Positions 30,730-41,187 of a stretch of 64,000 nt of DNA are shown here, one piece after another. Position 1 is the first letter of the stretch, and every line of letters begins with the position of its first letter. The notes beneath the pieces are model-generated. The model made no database searches, was not told the origin of the DNA, and saw nothing but the letters and a program-made list of their open reading frames with translations. The position numbers and the translations under genes are program-made. Source of the stretch: an uncultured Desulfosarcina sp. (GTDB lineage Bacteria > Desulfobacterota > Desulfobacteria > Desulfobacterales > Desulfosarcinaceae); the NCBI GenBank assembly GCA_963674945.2, contig CAXXWQ010000004.1:640001-704000 (forward strand), given 5' to 3'.

Positions 30730-32792
30730 GTGAAAATGAAAGCACGATCAGAACTGGTATTTCCATTTTCCGCGTTGGTGGGACAGGATCAGATGAAAAC
30801 GGCGCTTCTCCTAAATGCCGTAAATCCAAAAATCGGTGGAGTCCTCATCCGCGGAGAAAAGGGTACGGCCAAATCCATGGCGGTTCGATCGTTGGCGCAA
30901 CTCTTGCCTGAAATAGAAGTCGTTGTTGACTGTCCTTTTCGGTGCGATCCGGGAAAGCCCGACTACTTGTGTGACAGATGCGCTTCCCGGGTCGATCGCG
31001 GAGAAAAACTGGAAACCATGCTGCAGCAGGTTCGTGTCGTTGATCTTCCCGTGGGTGCCACGGAAGACCGGGTCACGGGGACGTTGGATATCGAACAGGC
31101 AATCAAGACGGGGGAGAAACATTTCTTCCCGGGCCTTTTAGCGGATGCCAATCGCGGTATTCTTTATGTCGATGAAGTCAATCTGCTCGACGATCACATG
31201 GTCGACATTCTGCTAGATGCTGCGGCGATGGGCGTAAATTTCGTAGAGCGTGAGGGAATATCGTTCAGTCATCCGTCGGAATTCATTTTGGTGGGAACGA
31301 TGAATCCCGAAGAGGGAGAACTTCGACCGCAGCTTTTGGACCGATTCGGTTTGGCAGTGGAAGTAAAGGGAATTCGTGATCAGAAGGCCAGAGCGGAAAT
31401 CGTTCGCCGGCGTCTTTCCTTCGAGGAGGACACCACGGCATTTGCCGCAAAGTGGGAACAGGATCAGGAAAAGCTCCGTCATGAAATCGAGGCGGCGAAG
31501 CGCATTTTGCCAGAAGTGACGTTAAGTTCTGAAATGCTCGACCTTATTACCACCATTTGCTTGGATTTTTCAGTTGACGGTCACAGAGCCGATATCGTGA
31601 TCTACAAAACTGCCCGGACCTTGGCCGCCCTGGGCGAAAATAAGCAAACAGGTACAGAGGACATCAAAAAAGCCTCCAATTTCGCACTGTTGCACAGACA
31701 GCGCCGCCAACCTTTCGACAAAGCGGGCCTTCAGGAAGACCAGTTAGATAAAATCCTGTCGAACTGGCAGGAAAAAAAAAACTAGAAAAGGATAAGGACG
31801 CCCTTTCCTTTCTTTCGAAATCGGACCCGTCAAAAAAAAACCCGTCAAAAAAATCGAAGGAATCCTCCAAGCCGCCTGATTCTAAGGACTCCGATACAAA
31901 AGAAGGCGGTTCTTCTACGCAATACAGCGCTGACCCAACCGGAGAGAAAATAGACTTAAACGAGACCGAAGCCAACAAGGTACAAAAGTTAGCCCTGCCG
32001 CTCTTCGATGAGGTAAAGCGCAAAAAATCCGGAAGGCGATCGGTCACCAGATCCGATACCGGGCGATATGTCAGGGCCGAGATACCCAAAGAGAGGGTTA
32101 CGGATCTGGCCCTCGACGCTACCATCAGAGCCGCCGCACCCTATCAGCGTTCCCGAAAGGCCTCCGGCAATGAAAACATGGCTCTGTGTATCGAAAAACA
32201 CGATTTGCGTCAGAAGATTCGTGAGAAAAAAATCGGGAATCTGATTATTTTCGTTCTCGATCACAGCGGATCCATGGCACGAGAGGTCGAAGCCACCAAG
32301 GCTGCGATTCTCTCTCTCTTACTGGACGCCTACCAGCGGCGTGATCATATCGGGCTTGTCTACTTCGGCGGAATCGGGGCCGGACTCGTCCTGGCACCAA
32401 CCAAGAGTGTGGACCTTGCACAGAAAAAACTTCCGGATTTGTATTTGGGCGGACGCTCACCATTGACCCATGGACTCGAAATAGCGCTCAGAGTGATAAA
32501 GGAACAGACGCATCGCAAACAGGAATTGGTGCCCCTTCTGGTTCTTATCTCCGACGGGAAGGGAAACGTCAGCAGGTATGGCGGAAAACCCGAGGATGAA
32601 GTCATGGTTGTCGCCAAAGAAATACGCGAAGCCAAGATCTGCTCCATCTGCATCGATACGGTAAGGAAGGGCGTTTTGGGGCCGATGATGGGAATTGCCA
32701 AAGCAATGGATGCATTGTACCTGCATCCGGAAGATCTCAAAGCCGACGCCATAACCAGTGTGGTGAAAAACCAGTTGAGATACAAACGGTAA
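30730..32792 (+). CDS. chlD: ChlD/CobT-type chelatase subunit (AAA+ and vWA) with probable -1 programmed frameshift; 0-frame product 30730-31785 is ChlI-like
   Basis: GEKGTAKS, LYVDEVN, GTMNPEEG; A10 run at 31772-31781 before TAG; open -1 frame carries DLALDATIRAAAPYQ and vWA DHSGSM, ISDGKGN. Confidence 0.85.
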
Positions 32793-32818
32793 ATCTAAAC
32801 AACAGATCAGGAAAAAAG

Positions 32819-33358
32819 ATGAAAAATCGTCAGGACCTTGAATCCGTATTCGAAAAATATGAAGTTACCGATTTCAAATGGATTAATCCAAAAGATATCG
32901 TGACGGCACAATGGGTCAGATTCAAATGTATGTTCGGTTGCAAGAATTACGGAAGGCATGCATGCTGCCCTCCCAATGTACCCTCGGTTTCAGAGTGCAG
33001 GCAGTTGTTCGACGAATTTGAGATCGGTGTGATAATCCATTTTGATATCGCAATAGAGGATCCGGATGATCGGCACTTCTGGATAAATGAAACGAACCAG
33101 ACGCTGGTGTTTCTGGAAAGAGAAATCTTCTTGCGGGGATATCAGAAAGCGCTGCTTCTGTCTATCGATCCCTGTCTGTTATGCGAAAAGTGCAAGGCGA
33201 CCAGGAAGGCTTGTGTTAATCCCAGATTGGCGCGACCCACACCCGAGGCGATGGCTGTCGATGTTTATTCCACAGTCAGGAAATACGATTTCCCCATTGA
33301 AGTGCTCATCCATCAGTCACAGACCATGAATAGATATGCGATTTTACTTATCGAATAG
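32819..33358 (+). CDS. DUF2284-like metal-binding protein
   Basis: WVRFKCMFGCKNYG..CCPP; CLLCEKC; RPTPEAMAVDVYST. Confidence 0.8.
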   Translation: MKNRQDLESVFEKYEVTDFKWINPKDIVTAQWVRFKCMFGCKNYGRHACCPPNVPSVSECRQLFDEFEIGVIIHFDIAIEDPDDRHFWINETNQTLVFLEREIFLRGYQKALLLSIDPCLLCEKCKATRKACVNPRLARPTPEAMAVDVYSTVRKYDFPIEVLIHQSQTMNRYAILLIE

Positions 33359-33419
33359 GCATTCGGGTTGCTTATAAAGGGTTGGTTCACATGGCAACAC
33401 CGCCGTTTTCATCCTTTCG

Positions 33420-34235
33420 TTATTCGCCGACAGGTAATTCCTGTCGAAGATTATCGCCCAGCAGCGGTTTTAAATTATCTTTCAGAAAAACGGGCACACC
33501 AAACTTATCCGCCGCCTCGACGATGGCATGCACCCATTCGATTTTAGGTGGATGATAGGGTTTCGTCTGGCTTCCAATGACAACCCAGTCTGCTTTTTGC
33601 ATGATGCCTTCACCATATCCCCCCGGTATTTCCATTACATCGGCAAGCAGTGGCTCGAAGGAGATAAATTTCACCTTTGCTTTCACCGCACCGTCAAAAT
33701 AGTACCAATAGGCGTGCCACGACGTTCGTTTATCACAGACAGTTGATCCCAACCAGCAGTTATCGGGGAGCGGTGACCACTTGGCAATGTTCCAAGGTAT
33801 CTTTGTGAGAAAATAAAAACGATGCTGAGGGTTGGCTCTGATAACGCGAAATACCTCCCTTTGCCAATCAGCAGGCACCCAATCACCAAAGAAATCACAC
33901 ATATTGCAAGCAAAGATACCTTTGGGTTTCGCCGTCCTCTGTCGATTGACGCTGGGTTTTCTCTCTTTGGCATTCCACGGTTTTATTTTTTCCAGTTCCT
34001 TTAACCGTTCAGGCCAGAACCGGGGATAAAACGGGTTTGCCAAATGCTTTTTGTGGTTCGGTTCATCGTCTGGAGGCAGATTGGTATTTGCCAGGAACCT
34101 GGATCGCAGTCGTCCATTGGCCAGTTTCCGTGCATAGCAGTATGCACATCCATTTAAACAACCCGTGATGGGATTCCAACTATAACCCTGGCTTCCATCA
34201 GGATTCTTGACCCACTCGACTTTCGTTCGATTCAT
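33420..34235 (-). CDS. DUF5131 / phage Gp37-Gp68-like protein
   Basis: TKVEW..SWNPITGCLNGCAYCYA; MCDFF; FLTK; FISFEPLL; DWVVIG. Confidence 0.8.
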   Translation of the reverse strand: MNRTKVEWVKNPDGSQGYSWNPITGCLNGCAYCYARKLANGRLRSRFLANTNLPPDDEPNHKKHLANPFYPRFWPERLKELEKIKPWNAKERKPSVNRQRTAKPKGIFACNMCDFFGDWVPADWQREVFRVIRANPQHRFYFLTKIPWNIAKWSPLPDNCWLGSTVCDKRTSWHAYWYYFDGAVKAKVKFISFEPLLADVMEIPGGYGEGIMQKADWVVIGSQTKPYHPPKIEWVHAIVEAADKFGVPVFLKDNLKPLLGDNLRQELPVGE

Positions 34236-34616
34236 TTTTTCTCCTCATCTCTGTTTCCACTTCTTTTTATAGACGGATTTGGCCTTTTATGATTTTTTAC
34301 CTGCCTTAACAAGAATGTCCTTTTTTCTACCTACCCTATTTTGCTGTTTGGTGTCTATCCAGAAATCGGCTAATTTTGTTCGAGATCTCCAGCGAGAATC
34401 CCGGCGTGGCAAGGGCACGCACGAGTAATTTTTGATTTAAGACAACCGAAGTCAGAACCTTTGGCGTATGGATGGCACATATTTCGAGTTGACAGATTGT
34501 CTTTGTTTGTATAGTAACAATTATTTTAACTATTTTTTATTATTAATTCAATATGTTCTTTACATTTTTCGTTCCCCTTCTGAGAACAAATTGCTTCTAT
34601 TTCAAAGGAGATTACA

Positions 34617-35123
34617 ATGGCGGATTTTTCGGACTTCGCGGATATGATGTCACGTTCAATTAACAATGGTGGCGGGTGTGCCGTTGGCGTCGCCTGGGAC
34701 ATCAATTCCGGTTGCGAGGTGTATGTTAGAAACCAGGCTCCTTTTGGCGTTGATACGCCCATCCAACACGGTGGTCGCGGAATAAAACCCTGCCCCCATG
34801 AACTTCTTTTGTCTGCTGTGGGAAGCTGCTTTATTGGAACATTTCAGGTTTTTCAAAGCCAGCTTCGTGTGGAGATCGTTGATATTCGGACCTTTGTAAC
34901 AGGCTGCCTTGAATTGGGGACAGAAGGCGAGAACGAAAGCAAGTACGATTTGTCCGGAATCGATGTGTTTGTTAAGGTCAAGGTCAAAGGTGAAGATGAA
35001 TTTGACAAAGAAATCGTGGGAGATATCCTGAGGATGACGAAAAACCATTGCCCGACGACGCGGGCGTTGGCGAAAGCCTGCCCGATAAACATTATCAGCG
35101 AAATCGAAATGACGCCCGAATGA
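34617..35123 (+). CDS. OsmC/Ohr family protein
   Basis: GG..PCPHELLLSAVGSCF and NHCPTT; paralog of 61908. Confidence 0.82.
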   Translation: MADFSDFADMMSRSINNGGGCAVGVAWDINSGCEVYVRNQAPFGVDTPIQHGGRGIKPCPHELLLSAVGSCFIGTFQVFQSQLRVEIVDIRTFVTGCLELGTEGENESKYDLSGIDVFVKVKVKGEDEFDKEIVGDILRMTKNHCPTTRALAKACPINIISEIEMTPE

Positions 35124-35141
35124 TTGGATAATGTAACGAAT

Positions 35142-35675
35142 ATGAACCATTCTTCATCTTTGGTAAGAGAAAAATTGTCCGACCTCGTTCGGCAATGGCA
35201 AGTCGATGGAACTCCTTCAAAGTACGCGTTTGAATTCATTGTTTCCGACCTGTTCGAATGGAGACAGGAGCGCCGCATTTCTTCAGGTCTATGGATCGAT
35301 CCACCAACGATGATTACCGCCACTCTCGATGATTTTGTCGGTCAAGGCATCGAAACCATCGAATTTTTTGCAAAATTCGCCGGAATGGAAGTGACGTCCC
35401 TTGGCGTTATGCAGCCTGCCGAGACAATCGTCGAGAAATGCTCAGAGCAACGTCCAACACTTCTCGGACTGACGGTTCTGCGGACATTCGCATTCGAAGA
35501 TCTGATATACATCGGCCAGAATATTCCCTCAAGCACGCTTCTCATCGTCGGGGGAGGACCTTGCCTGCAATCTGAACCGGAAATCGCCACGCAAGCCAAT
35601 TTGCACTTGGTTGCCAAGGATGTTAAGGACTTCATTGAATTCATGTTGAATTTCCAACCCACGAAATTTTCGTGA
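35142..35675 (+). CDS. Cobalamin-binding-domain-like protein lacking the axial His
   Basis: ATLDDFVGQG..VTSLG..LLGLTV..IVGGG Rossmann pattern. Confidence 0.6.
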   Translation: MNHSSSLVREKLSDLVRQWQVDGTPSKYAFEFIVSDLFEWRQERRISSGLWIDPPTMITATLDDFVGQGIETIEFFAKFAGMEVTSLGVMQPAETIVEKCSEQRPTLLGLTVLRTFAFEDLIYIGQNIPSSTLLIVGGGPCLQSEPEIATQANLHLVAKDVKDFIEFMLNFQPTKFS

Positions 35676-35710
35676 TTGTAATCTTTTTCATATTCTTTGA
35701 GAGGTGATAG

Positions 35711-36115
35711 ATGGTTGAAATCTATACCAACGGTAGCTGCTTGAGCAATCGCGGTCCAGGCGGCTGGGCTGCAATTATCGTAACGGAAAAAGGCAGGGCG
35801 GTTCTTAAGGGTAGCGCACAGGAAACGACAATCAATCGGATAGAATTAACTGCGGCCCTCGAAGGTCTGGCGTGCGCGCTTCCAAAATCCGATGTTCGTC
35901 TTCACACCAACAGCCAGTATCTTCGGCAAATCCTGACCCAAGAGAAAGAACGTGACGACAACCTCGATCTTTGGAAAAACATGGACCGGATGCTGCGAAG
36001 ACGCGCGGTAGAGTGGATTTGGGCGCAAGGGCCCGACAAGCAAGCGGAGGATGATAACGCCGCGGAAATTGCAGTATCGATGATTCCCGAAAGCCCGGGG
36101 GCGCAGGAAACGTAG
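35711..36115 (+). CDS. RNase HI-fold protein with degenerate active site
   Basis: IYTNGSCLSNRGPGGWAA, TTINRIELTA, HTNSQYL, NLDLW, VEWIW. Confidence 0.75.
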   Translation: MVEIYTNGSCLSNRGPGGWAAIIVTEKGRAVLKGSAQETTINRIELTAALEGLACALPKSDVRLHTNSQYLRQILTQEKERDDNLDLWKNMDRMLRRRAVEWIWAQGPDKQAEDDNAAEIAVSMIPESPGAQET

Positions 36116-36180
36116 CCACCGCCTTCTACCGCCCCCTTTATGGAAATTTGGAAATGGTAACAGTGACGCAATAACCATAC

Positions 36181-36230
36181 AAAAAACCCCCTAATCAACG
36201 ATACGAATGGTTGGCATTAGGGGGCCTTTT
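36181..36230. terminator. Bidirectional terminator-like hairpin
   Basis: aaaaaacccctaat...attagggggcctttt between convergent genes. Confidence 0.6.
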
Positions 36231-36257
36231 CACCGATGAAATGATAACTGGCCGTAA

Positions 36258-37508
36258 TTAAAAACTTATATTGAAACCTAAGGCGAATGTCTGAATATTC
36301 TGTTTCAGTTTTTGTGTAGATCCAAGAGAGCCTTCAGGGTTTACGACTTCGTCGTCCCACATGTAAATATAGGCAACCGTCACATCGAGTGTCGGCTTGA
36401 AATAGTAGGTAGCGCCGAATCCAACGGAATATGAATCGATTTTAGCACTCACGTCGGTTTGCAATTCATCCGGCATTCCTTTTTTGGAATAGAGATATCC
36501 AATACTTGTCAGCAATTTGTCCGGCACTGCGGCATACTCGATGCCGACACCGGCTTCCCATCCATTCTCGATACCAGGCCCCCTCTCATCGGACCAGTCT
36601 GTCCCCTCATTATAATAAAAGATGAAACTGGTCTCGACTCTCCACCGCCGCGTAATATCGTAAGACACCCCAAGTGCAAAATCCTGCGGGATCGTATTGT
36701 CCGCTTTTTGTCCATCTCGTTCTGCAAAAGCACCATAAAGATCTTTGCCATCGTGAATCTCTTGTTCCAGCTCCATTTTCGTATAGTACGAATACCGAAG
36801 GCCGATATTCAACTCTTGAGTTGGTGCGATATTCGCGCTAAGTACGAATCCAAGGCAGTCTCCGGACAGCGTCATATCAAGTTCTTCGGTGGGTTGCTCC
36901 ACACCATTGAGAAACGGCGTTATCGTTGCGGAATTACCGCCGAAGGTGTAGACATAACGCAATTGACCGGCGACGGAAAACATGTCGTTGATGGCATACG
37001 CCGCGCCGACTGAAAAGCCGGCTCCGGCAAAATAGCCGCTAAATTCAGATTTCGCGTCATCGCCCCCCCCAAGTGCAATTCCGATAAAGTCGGAGAATGG
37101 AAGTCCATCTTCGTGTGTGCCGGTACCGCCGCCGGTTATTAAATCGAAACCGAACATGTAGGCCAGGTCGTCTTTTTTATGGGCGATGTGTAAATTGGGA
37201 AACACGGGGGATACTACGTAGGATGAATATTCGTCGCGATTCAGCAAGGGATTGTTATCATGAAACCAGAATTTCTTGTAAGTCGACTGGTTACTGAATC
37301 CGATATGGGTACCATCTGTCAACTTCACCGTTCCCGCGGGATTGAAAAAAACTGCGTCGACGCCGGTCGATGCATATCTGTTCAACGTCCTGATCCATTC
37401 AGGACTTTGGTTGGGGTTTGAAACGATGCCGCCGGGCCCTGCCGCAAAAAGGTCTGTGGCAATGAACAATGCAAAAAGAGCCGCCGGTATTAGAACTTTT
37501 TTGAACAT
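36258..37508 (-). CDS. FadL/OmpP1/TodX family outer-membrane channel
   Basis: Signal peptide; DAVFFNPAG; alternating beta-strand pattern; terminal Phe. Confidence 0.82.
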   Translation of the reverse strand: MFKKVLIPAALFALFIATDLFAAGPGGIVSNPNQSPEWIRTLNRYASTGVDAVFFNPAGTVKLTDGTHIGFSNQSTYKKFWFHDNNPLLNRDEYSSYVVSPVFPNLHIAHKKDDLAYMFGFDLITGGGTGTHEDGLPFSDFIGIALGGGDDAKSEFSGYFAGAGFSVGAAYAINDMFSVAGQLRYVYTFGGNSATITPFLNGVEQPTEELDMTLSGDCLGFVLSANIAPTQELNIGLRYSYYTKMELEQEIHDGKDLYGAFAERDGQKADNTIPQDFALGVSYDITRRWRVETSFIFYYNEGTDWSDERGPGIENGWEAGVGIEYAAVPDKLLTSIGYLYSKKGMPDELQTDVSAKIDSYSVGFGATYYFKPTLDVTVAYIYMWDDEVVNPEGSLGSTQKLKQNIQTFALGFNISF

Positions 37509-37838
37509 ACGATCTCTCCCTTTCTATCTCTAATCAAATCGTAAAAAAAGACGTCGGCATGCGTTTTTTACAATCGAACAATAAATAATCTTAAAATTGT
37601 CACAGTACCGAAAATCTGATATTTTGACCTTTTGGAGGATGCCGTGTATCCTTTTGCAAAAAATTAATTTAAAAACAGTTCATTACAATCCAGTTGCCAT
37701 AAGAGAAGAATCATTAGCAGTTCAGAAATATTGTGTCAAGCGGTTTGGTTCTCACACTTGCGGAGATGAGCTATCGAACGCTGATGGGAGGGAAATACTG
37801 AAGCGAGAAAAAGGAAGATGTGTCTTACTAATTTCTCG

Positions 37839-37853
37839 GCAAGGATTGTGCCA
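37839..37853 (-). promoter_or_regulatory. Candidate sigma54 -24/-12 promoter for the fadL-like gene
   Basis: Minus strand TGGCAC-AATCC-TTGC, about 330 bp upstream of the start. Confidence 0.45.
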
Positions 37854-38026
37854 TAAATAGGGATGTCACAAAAAAACGAGAGTCATTGGGAAAGACACTC
37901 GTCTGGCTTGACTTCGAACATTTCATGGTGCTCAACGTTGAATCGAATTCTCATTTCCAATCTTCTGAATAGCAGAATGACACTTTTTCAATTTGAATTT
38001 ACGGATGAGGATCCTCTTTTTTCTTT

Positions 38027-38911
38027 TTACACATATTGTTCTTTGAGAAGTTCTCCTGATTTGTAGGAGCTTCGAACAAAGGGCGCCGATGCGATGGCAC
38101 GGAATCCCATTTTTTTGCCTTCGGCTTCCAGTTCTTGGAATTCCTCCGGGGGAATGAACCTTACGACCGGGGCATGATTTTCCGATGGACGCAGATATTG
38201 ACCGATGGTGAGAAAATCACAGTCGACGCGCCGTAGATCTTCCATTACGGCAAGAAGCTCCTGCCTGGTTTCACCCAGCCCGACCATCAGCCCTGACTTG
38301 GTGATCACCTCTTTTTCCATCTGCTTGACATCGGAAAGGATTGTGAGAGATCGCCGGTAGTTGGCCTTTGGTCGCACTTCCTGATACAGACGGGGTATGG
38401 TCTCCAGGTTGTGGTTGAAAACATCCGGCTTTTCTCCAGCTACCATTTCCACGGATTCTTTGGACCCTTGAAAATCCGGTACCAGCACTTCGACGGTTAT
38501 CTTTTTTCCGATTTCGCGAATGGCGCGGATGGTCCGGACAAAGTGATCCGCCCCGCCATCCGGCAAATCATCCCTTGTCACGGATGTGACCACCACATGG
38601 GCCAGCCCCAACTCATACGATGCCGTTGCGATCCGCTCCGGTTCATCCGGGTCCAGGAGCCCGGGACATCCGCCCTCTACCGCACAGAACCGGCAGTTCC
38701 GGGTGCAGACGTCGCCCATGATCATGAAGGTGGCCGTTCTCTTGGAAAAACACTCACTTTGATTGGGGCAAAGGGCGCTCTGGCACACGGTGTGAAGTTT
38801 AAGCCGCGAAAGGGTCCGGCGCACCTCATTAAAATGCTTGCCCTGGCAGATTGGTCTGACCAGCCAGCCCGGCAATCGTTGCGATTGATCTTGTAACGTA
38901 TCTCGATCCAT
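38027..38911 (-). CDS. lipA: Lipoyl synthase
   Basis: CX4CX5C (CQSALCPNQSEC), CTRNCRFC, C-terminal RSSY. Confidence 0.96.
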   Translation of the reverse strand: MDRDTLQDQSQRLPGWLVRPICQGKHFNEVRRTLSRLKLHTVCQSALCPNQSECFSKRTATFMIMGDVCTRNCRFCAVEGGCPGLLDPDEPERIATASYELGLAHVVVTSVTRDDLPDGGADHFVRTIRAIREIGKKITVEVLVPDFQGSKESVEMVAGEKPDVFNHNLETIPRLYQEVRPKANYRRSLTILSDVKQMEKEVITKSGLMVGLGETRQELLAVMEDLRRVDCDFLTIGQYLRPSENHAPVVRFIPPEEFQELEAEGKKMGFRAIASAPFVRSSYKSGELLKEQYV

Positions 38912-38913
38912 AT

Positions 38914-39735
38914 CTATCCTGCCTTTAACGGGGCAGTGGGATTGTACTTCTCTTCGAGCAATGTCCTGCTTACATCTTCCTCATATGAAGATAAGGTATC
39001 TTCGAAGAATCGAATCCCAAACGCGTCTTGAAAACCCTGGAAAAGGGCTTCTTTCATCTCTTGCCGGTCGACCTTCCTGCCTAACAATTCGGTAATGCCG
39101 GTGGCTCTTTTTCTGAATACGGCCACTGCCCTTTCCCTTCTCTTGCTGGAAGAGAAATTCAAAACGGAAAAGATAAGTGGCACATCGAGGGTGATGGGAA
39201 GCGAGCCGTGTTGCAGCAGCACATCGCCCCTTCGGTACTGTGCGCTTCCAGCCACCTTTCGGCCCCGACACGTCAGATCGCCGAAGCTGGCAGCATTAAA
39301 ACAGGCTGCCGGGGCAGAATCTTCGCGATGGGGGGCGAGGCTGACATCCAGACCCAAAATCTTGTATGCGGCGATCAGTCCCTGACTGATTGCCTTATAA
39401 GATTTTGATACGCCATAGGGGAAACCACACTTTCCGGAAGCCACGACGCTGTAAGTGACTTCATCTTTATGCAAAACAGATCGCCCACCGGTTGCCCGGC
39501 GGACGATGTCGATGCCGTTTTCAAGACATTTCTGCTCGTCGATATCCTTTTTTATATTCTGAAAGTAGCCCACTGTCAGCGCAGCGGGCTCCCACTCGTA
39601 TACCCGCAACGTCGGCGGCGTCATGTCCAGTTCATGGACGCGAAACATCGCCTCGTCGATCGCCATATTGGTGAATCCATCGTTGATTCCAGTGTCGATA
39701 AAACGCCATTTCGTCTGCAGTGCTTTTTGAACCAT
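38914..39735 (-). CDS. Lipoate-protein ligase / octanoyltransferase (LplA/LipM-like, single domain)
   Basis: NMAIDEA, VRRATGGRSVLH, KVAGSAQ, LQHGS. Confidence 0.92.
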   Translation of the reverse strand: MVQKALQTKWRFIDTGINDGFTNMAIDEAMFRVHELDMTPPTLRVYEWEPAALTVGYFQNIKKDIDEQKCLENGIDIVRRATGGRSVLHKDEVTYSVVASGKCGFPYGVSKSYKAISQGLIAAYKILGLDVSLAPHREDSAPAACFNAASFGDLTCRGRKVAGSAQYRRGDVLLQHGSLPITLDVPLIFSVLNFSSSKRRERAVAVFRKRATGITELLGRKVDRQEMKEALFQGFQDAFGIRFFEDTLSSYEEDVSRTLLEEKYNPTAPLKAG

Positions 39736-39796
39736 GGTGTTATCTTCTGTGTACCAACAGGCTTTCGGGTTTCCTGTTCGCTCCTTTTGTGAAATC

Positions 39797-41182
39797 CTAC
39801 GATGTATGAATCGCCTTTCCCAAGGCGGCTTCTGCCGCTTCCATGATGCCTTCCGCCAATGTCGGGTGGGCGTGAATCGTCGCGCCGATCTGTTCGGCGG
39901 TCAGGCCCCATCTTACCGCCAGGGCCACTTCGGCGATCAGGTCTGTGGCGTGAGGGCCTAAAATCTGTGCGCCGAGAACACGTTCGGTGCCTTCCTCCAC
40001 CACCACCTGCACGAATCCCACATCCTCGCCAATGGTCAGCGCCTTTCCGCAAGCGGCAAAGGGAAATTTGCCGATCTTGACTTTCTTGCCGGCCGCTTCG
40101 GCCTTGGCCATGGTCAGGCCCACGCTGGCCACTTCCGGTGTGGTGTAGACGCAGGCCGGCACGGCGCTGTAGTCCATGGTTGACGCATGACCCGCGGCGT
40201 TTTCCGCGGCCACGATTCCCTCGTCCGAGGCCACATGGGCCAGCATGATTCCGCCCACCGCATCGCCAATGGCATAAATGCCGGAAACATTGGTTTCCAT
40301 TTTGTCGTTAACGATAATATTGCCTGCCGGGCCCATCTCGACGCCCAGCTCTTCCAGCCCCATGCCGGAGGTGCAAGGCCGCCTGCCGATGGAGACCAGC
40401 ATCTTTTCGGCAACGATTTCGTCACCGGTGCTCAAGGCGGCGGTGATTCCATCCGGGCGGTACTCTTTGATTCCTTCCACCTTGGTCTCCAGGTGGAATA
40501 CCACTCCCCTTCGTTCCAGAATTCGCTGCATCTGGTCCGCAACACTTTTCTCTTCCAGCGGCAAGGCCTGGTTCATCATCTCCACGACGGTGATTTTGGT
40601 TCCCAGGGAGCTGAAAACACAGGCGAACTCAAGGCCGATGACGCCTGCCCCGACAATGAGAAGGCTCTTGGGCGGCGCTTCGAGTTTCAGTGCCTCGTCA
40701 CTGGTGATCACCGCTTCCTGAGTATAATCGAAAAACGGGGGTTTGGCTACAACAGAACCCGTTGCGATGATGATCTTTTCGGCCTCGATCTCCTGGGTCC
40801 CTTTCTTGCCTTCCACCCTGACCCTGTTGGAATCAAGCAGTGTCGCGGTTCCTTTGATGGATTTGATCTTGTTTGCCTTGAGAAGCATCTTAATGCCCTG
40901 ACGAAGCTCGCCCACCACCTGCTTTTTGCGCTCCATCATTTGAGAAAAGTTGGGCTTGACGTCCCCGACCTCGACACCGAATTCCTTGGCGTCTCTTATG
41001 ATGTCGAGGATATGAGTGGAAGCCAACAGGCACTTGGTGGGAATACAACCACGATTCAAGCATGTACCACCCACCGCCTTTTTTTCCACCAGCGCCACAC
41101 TGGCGCCAAGTTGCGCTGCCCTGATGGCGGCTACATACCCTCCAGGGCCTCCGCCGATAACGAGTACTTGCACTTTTTCCAT
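39797..41182 (-). CDS. lpdA: Dihydrolipoamide dehydrogenase
   Basis: GGGPGGY, GGTCLNRGCIP, HAHPTLAE. Confidence 0.96.
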   Translation of the reverse strand: MEKVQVLVIGGGPGGYVAAIRAAQLGASVALVEKKAVGGTCLNRGCIPTKCLLASTHILDIIRDAKEFGVEVGDVKPNFSQMMERKKQVVGELRQGIKMLLKANKIKSIKGTATLLDSNRVRVEGKKGTQEIEAEKIIIATGSVVAKPPFFDYTQEAVITSDEALKLEAPPKSLLIVGAGVIGLEFACVFSSLGTKITVVEMMNQALPLEEKSVADQMQRILERRGVVFHLETKVEGIKEYRPDGITAALSTGDEIVAEKMLVSIGRRPCTSGMGLEELGVEMGPAGNIIVNDKMETNVSGIYAIGDAVGGIMLAHVASDEGIVAAENAAGHASTMDYSAVPACVYTTPEVASVGLTMAKAEAAGKKVKIGKFPFAACGKALTIGEDVGFVQVVVEEGTERVLGAQILGPHATDLIAEVALAVRWGLTAEQIGATIHAHPTLAEGIMEAAEAALGKAIHTS

Positions 41183-41187
41183 AAATC

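Noticed and set aside
35121..35126. osmC TGA is in frame with the next ORF, suggesting a Sec or readthrough fusion
   Set aside because: The paralog at 61908 ends at the equivalent position with TAA, and there is no aligned Cys or clear hairpin
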